Source of the DNA: an uncultured bacterium
GTDB lineage: Bacteria > Gemmatimonadota > Gemmatimonadetes > Gemmatimonadales > Gemmatimonadaceae
Assembly: GCA_963978095.1 (NCBI GenBank)
Contig: CAXBQP010000031.1
Coordinates: 1-39,340 of the forward strand
Direction of reading: 5' to 3'
Length of the DNA: 39,340 nt
Below, piece by piece: positions 18,967 to 28,655 of this stretch (within the stretch, counting starts at the first letter, position 1; the number at the start of each line of letters is the position of its first letter). The position numbers were made by a program, and so were the translations under genes. The notes under the pieces are model-generated. The model was not told the DNA's origin. It did not search any database and was given only the letters and a program-made list of their open reading frames with translations.

Positions 18967-21299
18967 CCTTCCTGCCGCGCGCGCGCACGCTCACCGCCCT
19001 GATCGCGCTGACCGCCGGAGCCCTCCGCGCGCAGTCCAGCGCGTTCGACTTCTCGATCAAGAACATCATGCGCGGCCCCGAAGTCTTCGGGCGCGAGCCC
19101 ACGCAGATCCGGTGGTCCCCCGATGGCCAGTGGATCTACTTCCAGTGGCTCCCGGCCGGCAGCGACTGGCGCGATCCACTCCGTCCCTTCCGCGTGCGCG
19201 CACAGGGCGGTGCGCGCCCCGAGCCGGTGACCGAGGCGCACATGGACTCCATCGGCCCCGCACTGGCCGCGGGCGCGTGGAGCACGGATCACGCACGCCG
19301 TGCAGTGGAGTTCCGCGGCGATCTGTATCTCATCGACGGCGCGACCGGCGCCGCACGTCGCCTCACCGAAACGAACAGTGCCGAATCCGTGCCACGGTTC
19401 AGCAGCGATGCCAAGCGCGTGATCTTTGTGCGCGACGGCAACGGCTTCTCCATGGAGCTCGCCACCGGCTTCACGCGGCAACTCACGGACATCCGTCCTG
19501 CCGGCACCGCGGGGAACGCCGCGGCGCCCGCGACCCCGCAGCGCGGCGCGCTGGCGGCTGATCAACGCCGGCTCTTCGAGGTCATTCGTGACCAGATGCG
19601 CGCCGACTCGATGCGTCGTGCGGACGCCCGCGAGCCCAGCGGCCCGAAGAGCGTCACTCTGAACGCCGGCGAACGCGTGAGCACCGTGAGCGTCAGCCCC
19701 AGTGGCACCGCGGTCCTCTTCACCACCACGACCGCGGCCGCCGATCAGCGGACCGTCGTCCCCAACTACGTCACCAGCACCGGCTTCACCGAGGACATCC
19801 CCAGTCGCGCCAAGGTCGGCGATGCCCAGCCCGTGACCCGCATCGGCTTCCAGCTGCTCCCGCGCGGCGATGTCCAATGGCTCAAGACCATCGATAGCGA
19901 TACCGCCGTCGCCTCCGGCACGATCGTGGGATGGAATGACGCCGGAACGGCCGCGCTCATCGTCGCATCCGCGCGCAACTTCAAGACGCGCCAGATCTCG
20001 ACGGTGGATGCCGCGACCGGAGCGCTCAAGGCCATCGAGGTGCTGCGCGACACCGCGTGGGTCGCCGGTCCGTGCGGGTTCGGGTGCGTCGGATTCTACG
20101 ACCAGGACCGGCGCATCTATTACGTGAGCGAAGCGACCGGCTATGCCCAGCTCTGGAGCACCGCGGCCGACGGCTCCGACCGCAAGGCGCTCACCAGCGG
20201 CCGGTGGGAGATCTACGACGTCGCCCTGAGCAACGATCGCCAGAGTTTCCACTTCCACTCGAGCGAAGTCTCGGCGTTCGACAAGGACCTGTACCGCATG
20301 AGCATCGCCGGCGGAGCGCGCACCAAGCTCACCAGCGGAGCCGGCGGACATCAGGCGGTGCTCTCCCCCAACGAGACACTGCTCGCCGATGTGTACAGTA
20401 CCGTCAACCGCCCGCCGGAGCTCTTCGTCGCCACGCCGGGCGCGGCAGGAGCGCAACGCACGGTATCGCCGACGGCCGACTGGCTCGCCTTCAACTGGAT
20501 CAAGCCGGAGCTCGTGTTCGTCCCCGCCAGCGACGGCGCGCAGGTCCCGGCGCACATCTACCGGCCCAAGGACGTTGGTGCGAAGAGCAATGGCGCCGCG
20601 GTCATCTTCGTGCACGGTGCGGGCTACTTGCATAACGTCGGCCACTTCTGGAGTGGGTACCCGCGCGAGTACATGTTCAACCAGTACCTCGCCGCCAAGG
20701 GCTATGTGGTGATCGATCTCGATTATCGCGCGAGCGCCGGCTACGGGCGCGATTGGCGCACCGCGATCTACCGCTGGATGGGAGGCCGCGATCTGCAGGA
20801 TCAAGTCGATGCCTCCGTGTACCTCACGCGGCAATACGGCATCGCGCCGGAACGGATCGGCATGTACGGCGGCAGCTACGGCGGGTTCATGACGCTCATG
20901 GCACTCTTCACGGCTCCCAAGTACTTCGGGGCCGGCGCGGCGCTCCGTCCGGTCACCGACTGGGCGCACTACAATCACGGCTACACCGGATCGATCCTCA
21001 ACCTGCCCCAGAACGACTCGCTGGCCTATCGCCGCTCGTCACCGATCTTCCTGGCCGAGGGGCTCGAGGATCCGCTGCTGATCCTGCACGGCATGGTCGA
21101 CACGAACGTCCATTTCGAGGACAGCGTGCGCCTCACGCAGCGCTTGATCGAACTGGGGAAGACCGGCTGGTCGATCACGCCCTACCCCGTCGAGGACCAC
21201 GGCTTCACCCGCCCCTCGAGCTGGGCCGACGAGTATACGCGCATCTTCGATCTGTTCGAGTCGACGATCGGCCCAAAGGGCACCAAGGGTCGCCGATGA
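18963..21299 (+). CDS. Secreted S9-family serine peptidase (dipeptidyl peptidase IV/prolyl oligopeptidase-like)
   Basis: Signal peptide ...AGALRA|QS, beta-propeller repeats (WSPDG, FSSDA, VSPSG) and catalytic GGSYGG, VDTNV and EDHGF. Confidence 0.92.
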   Translation: MTFLPRARTLTALIALTAGALRAQSSAFDFSIKNIMRGPEVFGREPTQIRWSPDGQWIYFQWLPAGSDWRDPLRPFRVRAQGGARPEPVTEAHMDSIGPALAAGAWSTDHARRAVEFRGDLYLIDGATGAARRLTETNSAESVPRFSSDAKRVIFVRDGNGFSMELATGFTRQLTDIRPAGTAGNAAAPATPQRGALAADQRRLFEVIRDQMRADSMRRADAREPSGPKSVTLNAGERVSTVSVSPSGTAVLFTTTTAAADQRTVVPNYVTSTGFTEDIPSRAKVGDAQPVTRIGFQLLPRGDVQWLKTIDSDTAVASGTIVGWNDAGTAALIVASARNFKTRQISTVDAATGALKAIEVLRDTAWVAGPCGFGCVGFYDQDRRIYYVSEATGYAQLWSTAADGSDRKALTSGRWEIYDVALSNDRQSFHFHSSEVSAFDKDLYRMSIAGGARTKLTSGAGGHQAVLSPNETLLADVYSTVNRPPELFVATPGAAGAQRTVSPTADWLAFNWIKPELVFVPASDGAQVPAHIYRPKDVGAKSNGAAVIFVHGAGYLHNVGHFWSGYPREYMFNQYLAAKGYVVIDLDYRASAGYGRDWRTAIYRWMGGRDLQDQVDASVYLTRQYGIAPERIGMYGGSYGGFMTLMALFTAPKYFGAGAALRPVTDWAHYNHGYTGSILNLPQNDSLAYRRSSPIFLAEGLEDPLLILHGMVDTNVHFEDSVRLTQRLIELGKTGWSITPYPVEDHGFTRPSSWADEYTRIFDLFESTIGPKGTKGRR

Positions 21300-21499
21300 G
21301 CGCCGCCCCGGGGTTGCCGTGGCCCGGGTTCCACGCGCTCGTGCGGATGTGTCGCGCGATCGTCGGCGCCCCGGACTATGCCGCATACCTCAAGCACCTG
21401 CAGGAGCACCACCCCGACGTCACACCACTCAGCGAACCGGAGTTCCAGAAGGAACGGTGGGACGCCAAGTATTCGCGACCCGGGAGCCGGTGCTGTTGA
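21296..21499 (+). CDS. ybdD: YbdD/YjiX family small CstA-associated protein (Cys-Cys form)
   Basis: MSAAPGLPWPGFHALVRMCRAIVGAPDYAAYLKHLQEHHPDVTPLSEPEFQKERWDAKYSRPGSRCC matches the family pattern GxPDYxxYxxHxxxxHP...EF...RCC. ATGA overlap with the peptidase stop. Confidence 0.88.
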   Translation: MSAAPGLPWPGFHALVRMCRAIVGAPDYAAYLKHLQEHHPDVTPLSEPEFQKERWDAKYSRPGSRCC

Positions 21500-21511
21500 T
21501 GCCGAAGGCGA

Positions 21512-22747
21512 TCAGCGGTACAACAGATACGGCGCGCGCTTCGTCCGGAACGACGCCGATTCGGAATTCCAGCGTGCCAGCAGCGCATCCACCGTGCCCT
21601 GCTCCACTGCCGCACGCAGCTGGTCGGTACCGGCCAGGCGGTCGATTGACGACACCTTCCAGGTGAAATCCTTCGGGTGACGCGCGTAGATGGCACGCAG
21701 CATGCGCACGCCCATCTCCACCGGCTTCACCGCATTGCGATCGGTCACGCGCACCTTGAGCATCGGGATCGTCTGCCCGGCGAACTTGTAGCCGGCCTCG
21801 ATCGTCCGCGCCGTGGAATCGAAGTGTACCCCCGGGAGCTTCATCGCATTGAGCTCGGCGGCGATCGCACCGGCGTCGGACATCCAGGACGCGCCGACCA
21901 AGGTGAAGGGATCCTCCGTCCCCCGCCCTTCCGTGACGCTCGTTCCCTCGAAGAACACCGTGCCGGGGTACAGCAGCTCCGATTCCGGCGTGCGGAGATT
22001 CGGTGACGGATTGAGGCGCGGAATGCCGGTCTCGTCAAACCACATCGCACGTCGGTATCCCTGCATGGGCACGACCGTGACGTTCGCCGCAAGATGGCCC
22101 GCCCCCACCAGATAACGCATCAACTCCCCGACGGTGAGCCCGTACCGCAGCGCCACCGGGTGCCGCCCCACGAGCGACGAGAACTTCGGCTCGAGGATAT
22201 TCCCCTCCACCCGGTCCGCGCGAATCGGATTCGGACGATCCAATACGATCACGGGTTTGCCAGCCGCGGCGGCCATGTCCGCCAAGGTCCACTCGAACGT
22301 GTAGACGCGCGCCCCCACATCCTGAATGTCGTAGACGAGCACATCCACATTCCTGAGCATCTCCGGCGTTGGCACTGAGACTTCACCGTAGAGCGAATAG
22401 ATCGGCACGCCGGTCGCCGAGTCCACCGCGGATGCGACCTTTTCCCCCGCCTTGGCGATCCCGCGGAGGCCGTGCTCCGGACCGAACAGCGCCGTCAGGG
22501 TGACCCCCGGCGCCTTGTACAAGAGGTCGATCGTGCTGGTCCCGTTCCGGTCGCGACCGGAATGGTTGGTCAGAAGTCCGACCCGTTTCCCGCGGATCAG
22601 ACGCACCGAGTCGGTCAACAACACCTCAACGCCTGGGCGCACCTTCCCGACCGCAGCCTGCGAGGGGCCTTGAGCCTGCAGCCGCGCAGCCGGCGTGAGC
22701 TGCGACAGCGCACCGACCACGGCGAAGACAAGGGAACGTGACATCAT
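21512..22747 (-). CDS. namZ: DUF1343 exo-beta-N-acetylmuramidase (NamZ, GH171), secreted
   Basis: VGLLTNHSG, LFGPEHG, IYSLYG, YDIQDVGARVYTF, LDRPNP, PSPNL, EGTSVTEGRGT and C-terminal YLLY. Signal peptide ...RLQA|QG. Confidence 0.9.
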   Translation of the reverse strand: MMSRSLVFAVVGALSQLTPAARLQAQGPSQAAVGKVRPGVEVLLTDSVRLIRGKRVGLLTNHSGRDRNGTSTIDLLYKAPGVTLTALFGPEHGLRGIAKAGEKVASAVDSATGVPIYSLYGEVSVPTPEMLRNVDVLVYDIQDVGARVYTFEWTLADMAAAAGKPVIVLDRPNPIRADRVEGNILEPKFSSLVGRHPVALRYGLTVGELMRYLVGAGHLAANVTVVPMQGYRRAMWFDETGIPRLNPSPNLRTPESELLYPGTVFFEGTSVTEGRGTEDPFTLVGASWMSDAGAIAAELNAMKLPGVHFDSTARTIEAGYKFAGQTIPMLKVRVTDRNAVKPVEMGVRMLRAIYARHPKDFTWKVSSIDRLAGTDQLRAAVEQGTVDALLARWNSESASFRTKRAPYLLYR

Positions 22748-22917
22748 CGAGAGAGGGGTGACGAGAACGGAGCAGCAGGCGACGCGGAAGTGCGCCCCAC
22801 CTGAAGATGCGTCGAATCGCGCACGCGCGACAGCGGGGCGCGAACCGCCGCCGTGCGCGTGCCTCCCCGCGCTCCCGTCGAGTAGCGGGCGCCCGGCGAC
22901 GACGATACCTTCTTCCC

Positions 22918-25410
22918 ATGTACGGCCGATGGCGCCCCGCCCCGCTCCGGATGCTCGCAGCGCTCCTGCTGTGCGGGCTCGGCGCGATATCAGGCAACGC
23001 CCACCAGCTTGGGGCGCAACAACTGCGTGGTACCGTCTTCAGACCCGACAGCGCCTCGCGCGCACCGGGCGTCATCGTGGAACTCCTGTCGAGCAGCGGC
23101 GCGTCCGTGGACCGTACGCTCACGAATGCCCGAGGCGACTTTTCCCTGACCGCACCGGGACCCGGTCGCTACGCCGCGCGTGCACTTCGCGTCGGCTTCC
23201 GCCCAACCATCACGCCGGCCGTCGATCTGCCGACACCCGCGAGTGCCGTGACCGTCTCGATCGTGCTCACCGCGCGCGCCGTCGCACTCGATGCCATCAG
23301 CGTGGTCACCAATGACCAGTGCCATCTCCGCCCGGATTCGGGCCAGATGGTGTACGCCGTCTGGAACGAAGCGAGCAAGGCGCTGCTTTCCTCCCGCCTG
23401 GCCGCGAGCGGCGCGCCGCTGATCGCGGAGTGGATCACCTACGCCCGCGTCACCGACGCGCTGGAGCTCCGGATCGCGGAACAGACGGTACACACCACCA
23501 AGAGCGCCACCACGACCGTCTTCCGGAGCTGGGACGCCGAGAGTCTCGCGGTCAACGGCTATCTGATCGACCGAGGCGACAGCGCCGAGTTCCACGCGCC
23601 CGATGCCCAGGTGCTGCTGAGCGACGCCTTCGCGAGCGGCCACTGCCTCCGCCTCCAACGCCCCGGCCCCGACAGCGCGGCATTGATCGGAGTCCACTTC
23701 GAACCCACGACGCGTCGCGAGAGCATTCACGATATCGCGGGTACGTTCTGGCTCGACCGCACCACCGCCGAGCTCCGTGCCTTGGATTTCGCCTACCTCG
23801 GACTGCCCAAGGCTGCCAACGACGCGCGCCCCGGGGGGCACGTGGAGTTCGCCCATCTCGCCAGTGGGAACTGGGTGGTCAATCGCTGGTTCCTCCGCCT
23901 CCCGCAACTCGGATCGCAACTCCGCGATCAACACACGGGGAACTTCCGCACGACTTCCACCGCCACCGTCCTGCACGCCGTACGCATCGCGGGCGGCGAG
24001 GTGCTCTCGATCACACGCGACACGACGACGCTCTACCGGGGCGATCTGCCCGAGATGCGCCTGACCGTCTCGAGCCCCGATCCACACCACCCGGCGCGCG
24101 ACGCCACCGTGTCGCTCGAAGGGACCGATTACGAGGCCCACGCCGACAGCACCGGCAACGTCGTCATCCCGCAGGTCCTTCCGGGCACCTATCGGGCGCT
24201 CACCCAGACCCCGACTCTGGTCCTCGCCCAGCTACCGCCCATCGGCCATGATATCGCGGTCGGCACCGCCGCCCGCGCACGCGCCAGGATGGGCACGCGC
24301 CCCGACTCGGTCCACCTCCCGAGTCTCAGCGACATCCGGCACGCCGCCTGCGTCGGCGATGACGACGCCGCGGACCACGCCATGCTCGTCGGCTTCGTCC
24401 GCGACTCGCTCGGGGTGGGACGCCCGGATGTCGCCGTCAGCGCGAGCTGGCTCGACACCCGCTCGCTGAGTGGCGGCGTGCTCACGGCATCCGCGGATGG
24501 CGTCGCCATTCGCACCGGCGATGTGGGGCAGTTCCGCCTCTGCGGCGTCCCTCGGCGCGAACGCATCACGCTCCGCAGCGAGTCCGACAGCGTCCGCGGC
24601 GCACTCGAGTTCGTCATCGGCGATGTCGAATCGGTACACCGCGCCGACCTCGAGTTGCGCTCCGCCCGTCTGGACGCCCCCGACGCGCTCCCGGCACTCC
24701 TGGAACTCATCGTCACCGCACCGGGCGGCGCCCCACTCGGCGACGTCGTGCTCGACATCGCCGGCGGCGGCGTGAGCAAGCGCGTCCGGACATCCGACAA
24801 AGGACTCGCGTTGATTGCGAACGTGCCGCCGGGGCTGATCACCGTGCGGACCCGACGCGTGGGCTTCCAGGCGGGAGAACTCGCGCTGCTCGCACGCCCG
24901 GGCCGCAACACCGTGCCCATCCATCTCGCGGCGAATCTTCCGCCGCAGATGGACACCGTGCGCATCATGGGGAGCCGCCGCATCTCGGCACGACTCGACG
25001 AGTTCGAGACGCGCCGGCTGCGCCACGAAACCACCGCGAGCATCACCGCGGCCGATATCGCCAAGCGCAACCCTCCGAGCACGTGGCAGATGCTCACGAC
25101 CGTGAGCGCCGTGACCGTCGCGGAACGCATGGGGGTGGTCGTCGCGCAATCGTCCCGCGGACGGCTGCCCTCCCTGCTGGGTCCGATGGCCCCATGCCCC
25201 TACAACGTCATGGTCGACGGCGTTCCGATGCAGAGCATCGTCGGGGACGATGGCATGCCGCACATCGACCTGAAATCGCTGCCCGCCCCGGACGCGGTGC
25301 ACGGCATCGAGGTCTTCGGCGGCCCCTCCACGATCCCGTTGCAGTACGGCGGCACCGGGAACAACAAGTGGTGCGGACTTATCGCGATCTGGACGAAAGA
25401 CGGTCGTTAG
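22918..25410 (+). CDS. Exported protein with carboxypeptidase-regulatory-like beta-sandwich repeats and a C-terminal TonB-plug-like domain, no beta-barrel
   Basis: Signal peptide ...QLGA|QQ and repeated LRGTV/TNARGDF/PGRY/RVGF units. The C-terminus (VMVDGVP...IDLKSLPAPDAVHGIEVFGGPSTIPLQYGG...CGLIAIWTKDGR*) resembles the end of a plug domain. Confidence 0.75.
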   Translation: MYGRWRPAPLRMLAALLLCGLGAISGNAHQLGAQQLRGTVFRPDSASRAPGVIVELLSSSGASVDRTLTNARGDFSLTAPGPGRYAARALRVGFRPTITPAVDLPTPASAVTVSIVLTARAVALDAISVVTNDQCHLRPDSGQMVYAVWNEASKALLSSRLAASGAPLIAEWITYARVTDALELRIAEQTVHTTKSATTTVFRSWDAESLAVNGYLIDRGDSAEFHAPDAQVLLSDAFASGHCLRLQRPGPDSAALIGVHFEPTTRRESIHDIAGTFWLDRTTAELRALDFAYLGLPKAANDARPGGHVEFAHLASGNWVVNRWFLRLPQLGSQLRDQHTGNFRTTSTATVLHAVRIAGGEVLSITRDTTTLYRGDLPEMRLTVSSPDPHHPARDATVSLEGTDYEAHADSTGNVVIPQVLPGTYRALTQTPTLVLAQLPPIGHDIAVGTAARARARMGTRPDSVHLPSLSDIRHAACVGDDDAADHAMLVGFVRDSLGVGRPDVAVSASWLDTRSLSGGVLTASADGVAIRTGDVGQFRLCGVPRRERITLRSESDSVRGALEFVIGDVESVHRADLELRSARLDAPDALPALLELIVTAPGGAPLGDVVLDIAGGGVSKRVRTSDKGLALIANVPPGLITVRTRRVGFQAGELALLARPGRNTVPIHLAANLPPQMDTVRIMGSRRISARLDEFETRRLRHETTASITAADIAKRNPPSTWQMLTTVSAVTVAERMGVVVAQSSRGRLPSLLGPMAPCPYNVMVDGVPMQSIVGDDGMPHIDLKSLPAPDAVHGIEVFGGPSTIPLQYGGTGNNKWCGLIAIWTKDGR

Positions 25411-26578
25411 GCTCCGGCACCGCGAGCAGCATCCCGACGGCGGCGGTCGCCGCGATCGCCGCGCCCATCTGGAACGCTACCCCCGCCCCCCACCGCTCCC
25501 AGACGACGCCGAACAACACCGACGCCGGCAGTGCGCCGAGCCCCACGGTGAAGTTGTACCATCCGAAGGCCGTGCCCCGACGCGCGGCCGGCACGAGGTC
25601 GGCGACCATCGCCTTCTCGACCCCCTCGGTCAGGCCGAAGTACAATCCATGGACGACGAACAGCGCCCAGATCTGCCATGCAGCGCTCGCCCGCGCCAGC
25701 AAAATGTATACAACACTGTATACAATCCATCCTCCGACGATCAGCGGCTTGCGGCCGAGCCGGTCGCTCAGCATCCCGCCGGGGATGCTCGACGCGGACT
25801 TCACGACGCTCATGCTGGTCCACAACAGCGGGATCACCGCCACCGGAACTCCCAACTGCGTGGCACGGAGCAACAGGAACGCATCCGACGAGTTCCCGAG
25901 CGTGAAGAGCAGCAGCACGCCAAGGTAGCGCCAAAACGCCGCCCCCAGCGGAGCGTCGGTCACAGCCGCGACATGAGGCGCAGCGGGCCGTCGTTCCCCC
26001 TCCCGCACCCACACCGCCAGCACTACCACCGCCATCGCTCCCGGCACCGCCGCCCACCACATCACGGACCGCACGGACAGCGCCAACGGTTGCAGGAGCA
26101 TCCACGCGATCAACGGCCCGAGTACGGCACCCGCGTTGTCGGCCGCACGGTGTACGCCGAACGCACGCCCGCGCTCGGATGGGGCCACCACGTCGGCGAT
26201 CAGGGCGTCGCGCGGTGAACTGCGGATCCCCTTGCCCACGCGGTCCGTCATCCGCACGGCCAACACCTGTCCGACATTCCCCGCCATCGCCATCAACGGG
26301 CGGGCCAGCGCCGACAATCCATAACCGAAGACGACCAACGGCTTCCGACGGACGCGGTCACTCCACCAGCCGCTCGCCAGCTTGAGCAACGCGGCGGTGC
26401 TCTCGGCCGCCCCCTCGATGATCCCGACGGCTCCCGCGCCCGCGCCGAGCACGGTGGTCAGGAACACCGGCAGCAACGGATAGATCATCTCGGAGGACAC
26501 GTCGGTGAGGAAACTCACGACCGACAGCGCCGTCACGTTGCGCGGAAGGGGAGGACGCGAACCGCCCGGGTCGGTCAT
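25379..26578 (-). CDS. MFS transporter
   Basis: SFLTDVSSEMIYPLLP, GWWSDRVRRK, DRVGKGIRSSPRDALIAD and GMLSDRLGRK, with about 12 TM segments. Confidence 0.92.
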   Translation of the reverse strand: MTDPGGSRPPLPRNVTALSVVSFLTDVSSEMIYPLLPVFLTTVLGAGAGAVGIIEGAAESTAALLKLASGWWSDRVRRKPLVVFGYGLSALARPLMAMAGNVGQVLAVRMTDRVGKGIRSSPRDALIADVVAPSERGRAFGVHRAADNAGAVLGPLIAWMLLQPLALSVRSVMWWAAVPGAMAVVVLAVWVREGERRPAAPHVAAVTDAPLGAAFWRYLGVLLLFTLGNSSDAFLLLRATQLGVPVAVIPLLWTSMSVVKSASSIPGGMLSDRLGRKPLIVGGWIVYSVVYILLARASAAWQIWALFVVHGLYFGLTEGVEKAMVADLVPAARRGTAFGWYNFTVGLGALPASVLFGVVWERWGAGVAFQMGAAIAATAAVGMLLAVPEPNDRLSSRSR

Positions 26579-27822
26579 CCCGCGTCCGGTGTGTCAGCCC
26601 CGTCGTGAGACTCACGGGCCGGACCGGCGGGCTCGGTCAGCACGACCTTCGCGTACCCGGCGTGCTGCGGAAACGCGGCCACATACGCCTCGCGCCACGA
26701 TGCGGCGAACGCGGCCGCGTCATCCCGCGCGACCATCGCCCACACGGCACCGCCGAATCCCGCACCGAATGCCGACGCCGCCACCGCCCCCCGCTCCCGC
26801 GCCATCCGCTGCAGTGCGATCGTCTCAGCCACCTGATTCCCCAGCGCCTCCTCCGCCAAGCGCTGCGATTGGTCCACGATCGATCCGAACCTCCCGAAAT
26901 CGCGAGCCCCCAGCGCATCAGCCGCGCCCGGCACGATCGTCTCGACCTCCGCCCGATACTGCGCCAATCGGGGAACCAGATACGTCCCGGGAATCCCCTC
27001 CGCACCACGCGCCGCCAGCGCGGCCAGCTGCGTGGCCGCTGACGTACTGCTGACGAGCGCGTCCGCGAGCGTCGCATCAGCGCGTCCCATAACCGCATTC
27101 CAACTGCGCACCAGGGCGCGCATGGCGTCTGACGCACGATTGTACGCGCCGCGCGCGTTGCCGGTCTTCGTGGCACGCACGCCGCTCACGCCGATGGCCA
27201 GCACATGGTCCGAGGGCCACGGCACCCGACGCTCGAGCGCCGCCGGCAGATACCGAAAGACGCCGCAATGCCCCGCCGCCGCACAGACGATCGCCACATG
27301 ATCCTGCGCGCCGCCGCGGACGCCCACACCGCTGTCACCGGCGAAGGGGCCGAACGGGGCCCCGGTCTCCATGGCCGCGAAATACTCCGCGCGCGCGATA
27401 TCACTCGGGATCGCGTCCTGCCACCGCGCATCGTCCTGCATCCGGTTCGCGTCCGCCAACGCGGTGCCGATCGCCACCACCAAGGCACTCGAGCTGCTCA
27501 AACCCGCTGACGCCGGCAATCCGCTCGTGAGCCGGATATCGACCCCCGTCCGCGCATCGGGAAAATCACGCGCGAAGCGCCGCACCACGGCGGCGACGTA
27601 CGTACTCCACATCGCGCCTTGGCGCGTCGCGCTCGCACTGAGCGGTAGCGCCACCAGTCCGCGACGCTGCGAATCGCGCACGCGCACCACGGGATCCGCC
27701 ATGGACGTCGCGCGCACGTGAATGGCGAGATCCACCGCGCCGGTCAGCGAACGTCCACCGGCATAGTCCACGTGCTTCCCGACGAGCTCGACGCGCCCGG
27801 GAACACGGTAGTGCTTCTTCAC
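26575..27822 (-). CDS. GHMP-family galactokinase-like sugar 1-kinase with a divergent sugar-binding motif
   Basis: GTG start at 27822 (GTGA overlap). Motifs PGRVELVGKHVDYAGG, LPASAGLSSSSA (GHMP ATP loop), GGAQD and AFGAGFGG. Confidence 0.85.
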   Translation of the reverse strand: MKKHYRVPGRVELVGKHVDYAGGRSLTGAVDLAIHVRATSMADPVVRVRDSQRRGLVALPLSASATRQGAMWSTYVAAVVRRFARDFPDARTGVDIRLTSGLPASAGLSSSSALVVAIGTALADANRMQDDARWQDAIPSDIARAEYFAAMETGAPFGPFAGDSGVGVRGGAQDHVAIVCAAAGHCGVFRYLPAALERRVPWPSDHVLAIGVSGVRATKTGNARGAYNRASDAMRALVRSWNAVMGRADATLADALVSSTSAATQLAALAARGAEGIPGTYLVPRLAQYRAEVETIVPGAADALGARDFGRFGSIVDQSQRLAEEALGNQVAETIALQRMARERGAVAASAFGAGFGGAVWAMVARDDAAAFAASWREAYVAAFPQHAGYAKVVLTEPAGPARESHDGADTPDAG

Positions 27823-28655
27823 GGGCGGGGCGCCATCCCCGCCAGCTGCCGTCCCACGAATCCGACATCCGCCCGACTCGACAGATCCAGCACTCCGGCG
27901 CGAGCCTCCACCACCCGGAACCGCTCCCCGAACGCACGCATCGCGATCATGACCGCATCCTGCAACTCCAACTCGCCGCGTGGCGACGGCAGCACGCGGG
28001 CACAGGCGCTGAAGATCGTCGGCGTGAACGACCACAGGTTCATCGACACCCAGCGTTCGGCTCGACGCGCCAATGGATCATCGGCATCCGGCTTCTCGCG
28101 AATCGTGCGCAGCCCGCCCGTGTCGTCGACATCCACCAGCGCGAACCTCAGCACCCGCTCCGCCTCGATCCCCCCGAGCGCCACGAGCGCGGCCGCCTCG
28201 AACGCCACGAGTCCGCATCCACCGATCGCCGCGGCGGCACGGCACGCGGACTCGGGATACAGATTGTCGGAGTTCAAGACCAGGAACGGTGCGTCACGCA
28301 CGGCGTCCTGCGCCGAGAGCACGGCATCGGCGGTCCCGCGCGGTTCGGCCTGCACCGCAAAGCGCAACGTGACGCGACGACCAGCGGCACTCGTCTCGAA
28401 ATGGCGCCGCATCTCCTGATGCTCCGGCCCGATCACGAGCACCGCCTCGCGAATCCCGGCGTCCGCCAGGACGGAGAGCGAATAGTCGAGGAATGGACGG
28501 GCGAACGGCATCATCCCCTTGGCGCCACTCGATGCGGCGACCGCCTGCGCCGCATCGAGTGACGCCCCCTCCTCGGGACCGCTGGCACGCCGCATCCGCG
28601 TACCGAGCCCGCGGGCCAGGATCACGGCCTGGGTCGCGGGCCCTCCTGCTGTCAT
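27819..28655 (-). CDS. Sugar-1-phosphate nucleotidyltransferase (NTP_transferase family, short form)
   Basis: VILARGLGTRMRR, KGMMP, QAEPRGTADAV, LNSDNLY, EKP and SPRGELELQDAV. ATG 28655 overlaps the SSS stop. Confidence 0.88.
   Translation of the reverse strand: MTAGGPATQAVILARGLGTRMRRASGPEEGASLDAAQAVAASSGAKGMMPFARPFLDYSLSVLADAGIREAVLVIGPEHQEMRRHFETSAAGRRVTLRFAVQAEPRGTADAVLSAQDAVRDAPFLVLNSDNLYPESACRAAAAIGGCGLVAFEAAALVALGGIEAERVLRFALVDVDDTGGLRTIREKPDADDPLARRAERWVSMNLWSFTPTIFSACARVLPSPRGELELQDAVMIAMRAFGERFRVVEARAGVLDLSSRADVGFVGRQLAGMAPRP

Noticed and set aside
21488..21511. Selenocysteine read-through at the ybdD TGA (some family members are selenoproteins)
   Set aside because: Both terminal positions are already Cys codons (TGC TGT) and the TGA falls at the family's normal end. 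Read-through would run antisense into namZ, and I saw no convincing SECIS.
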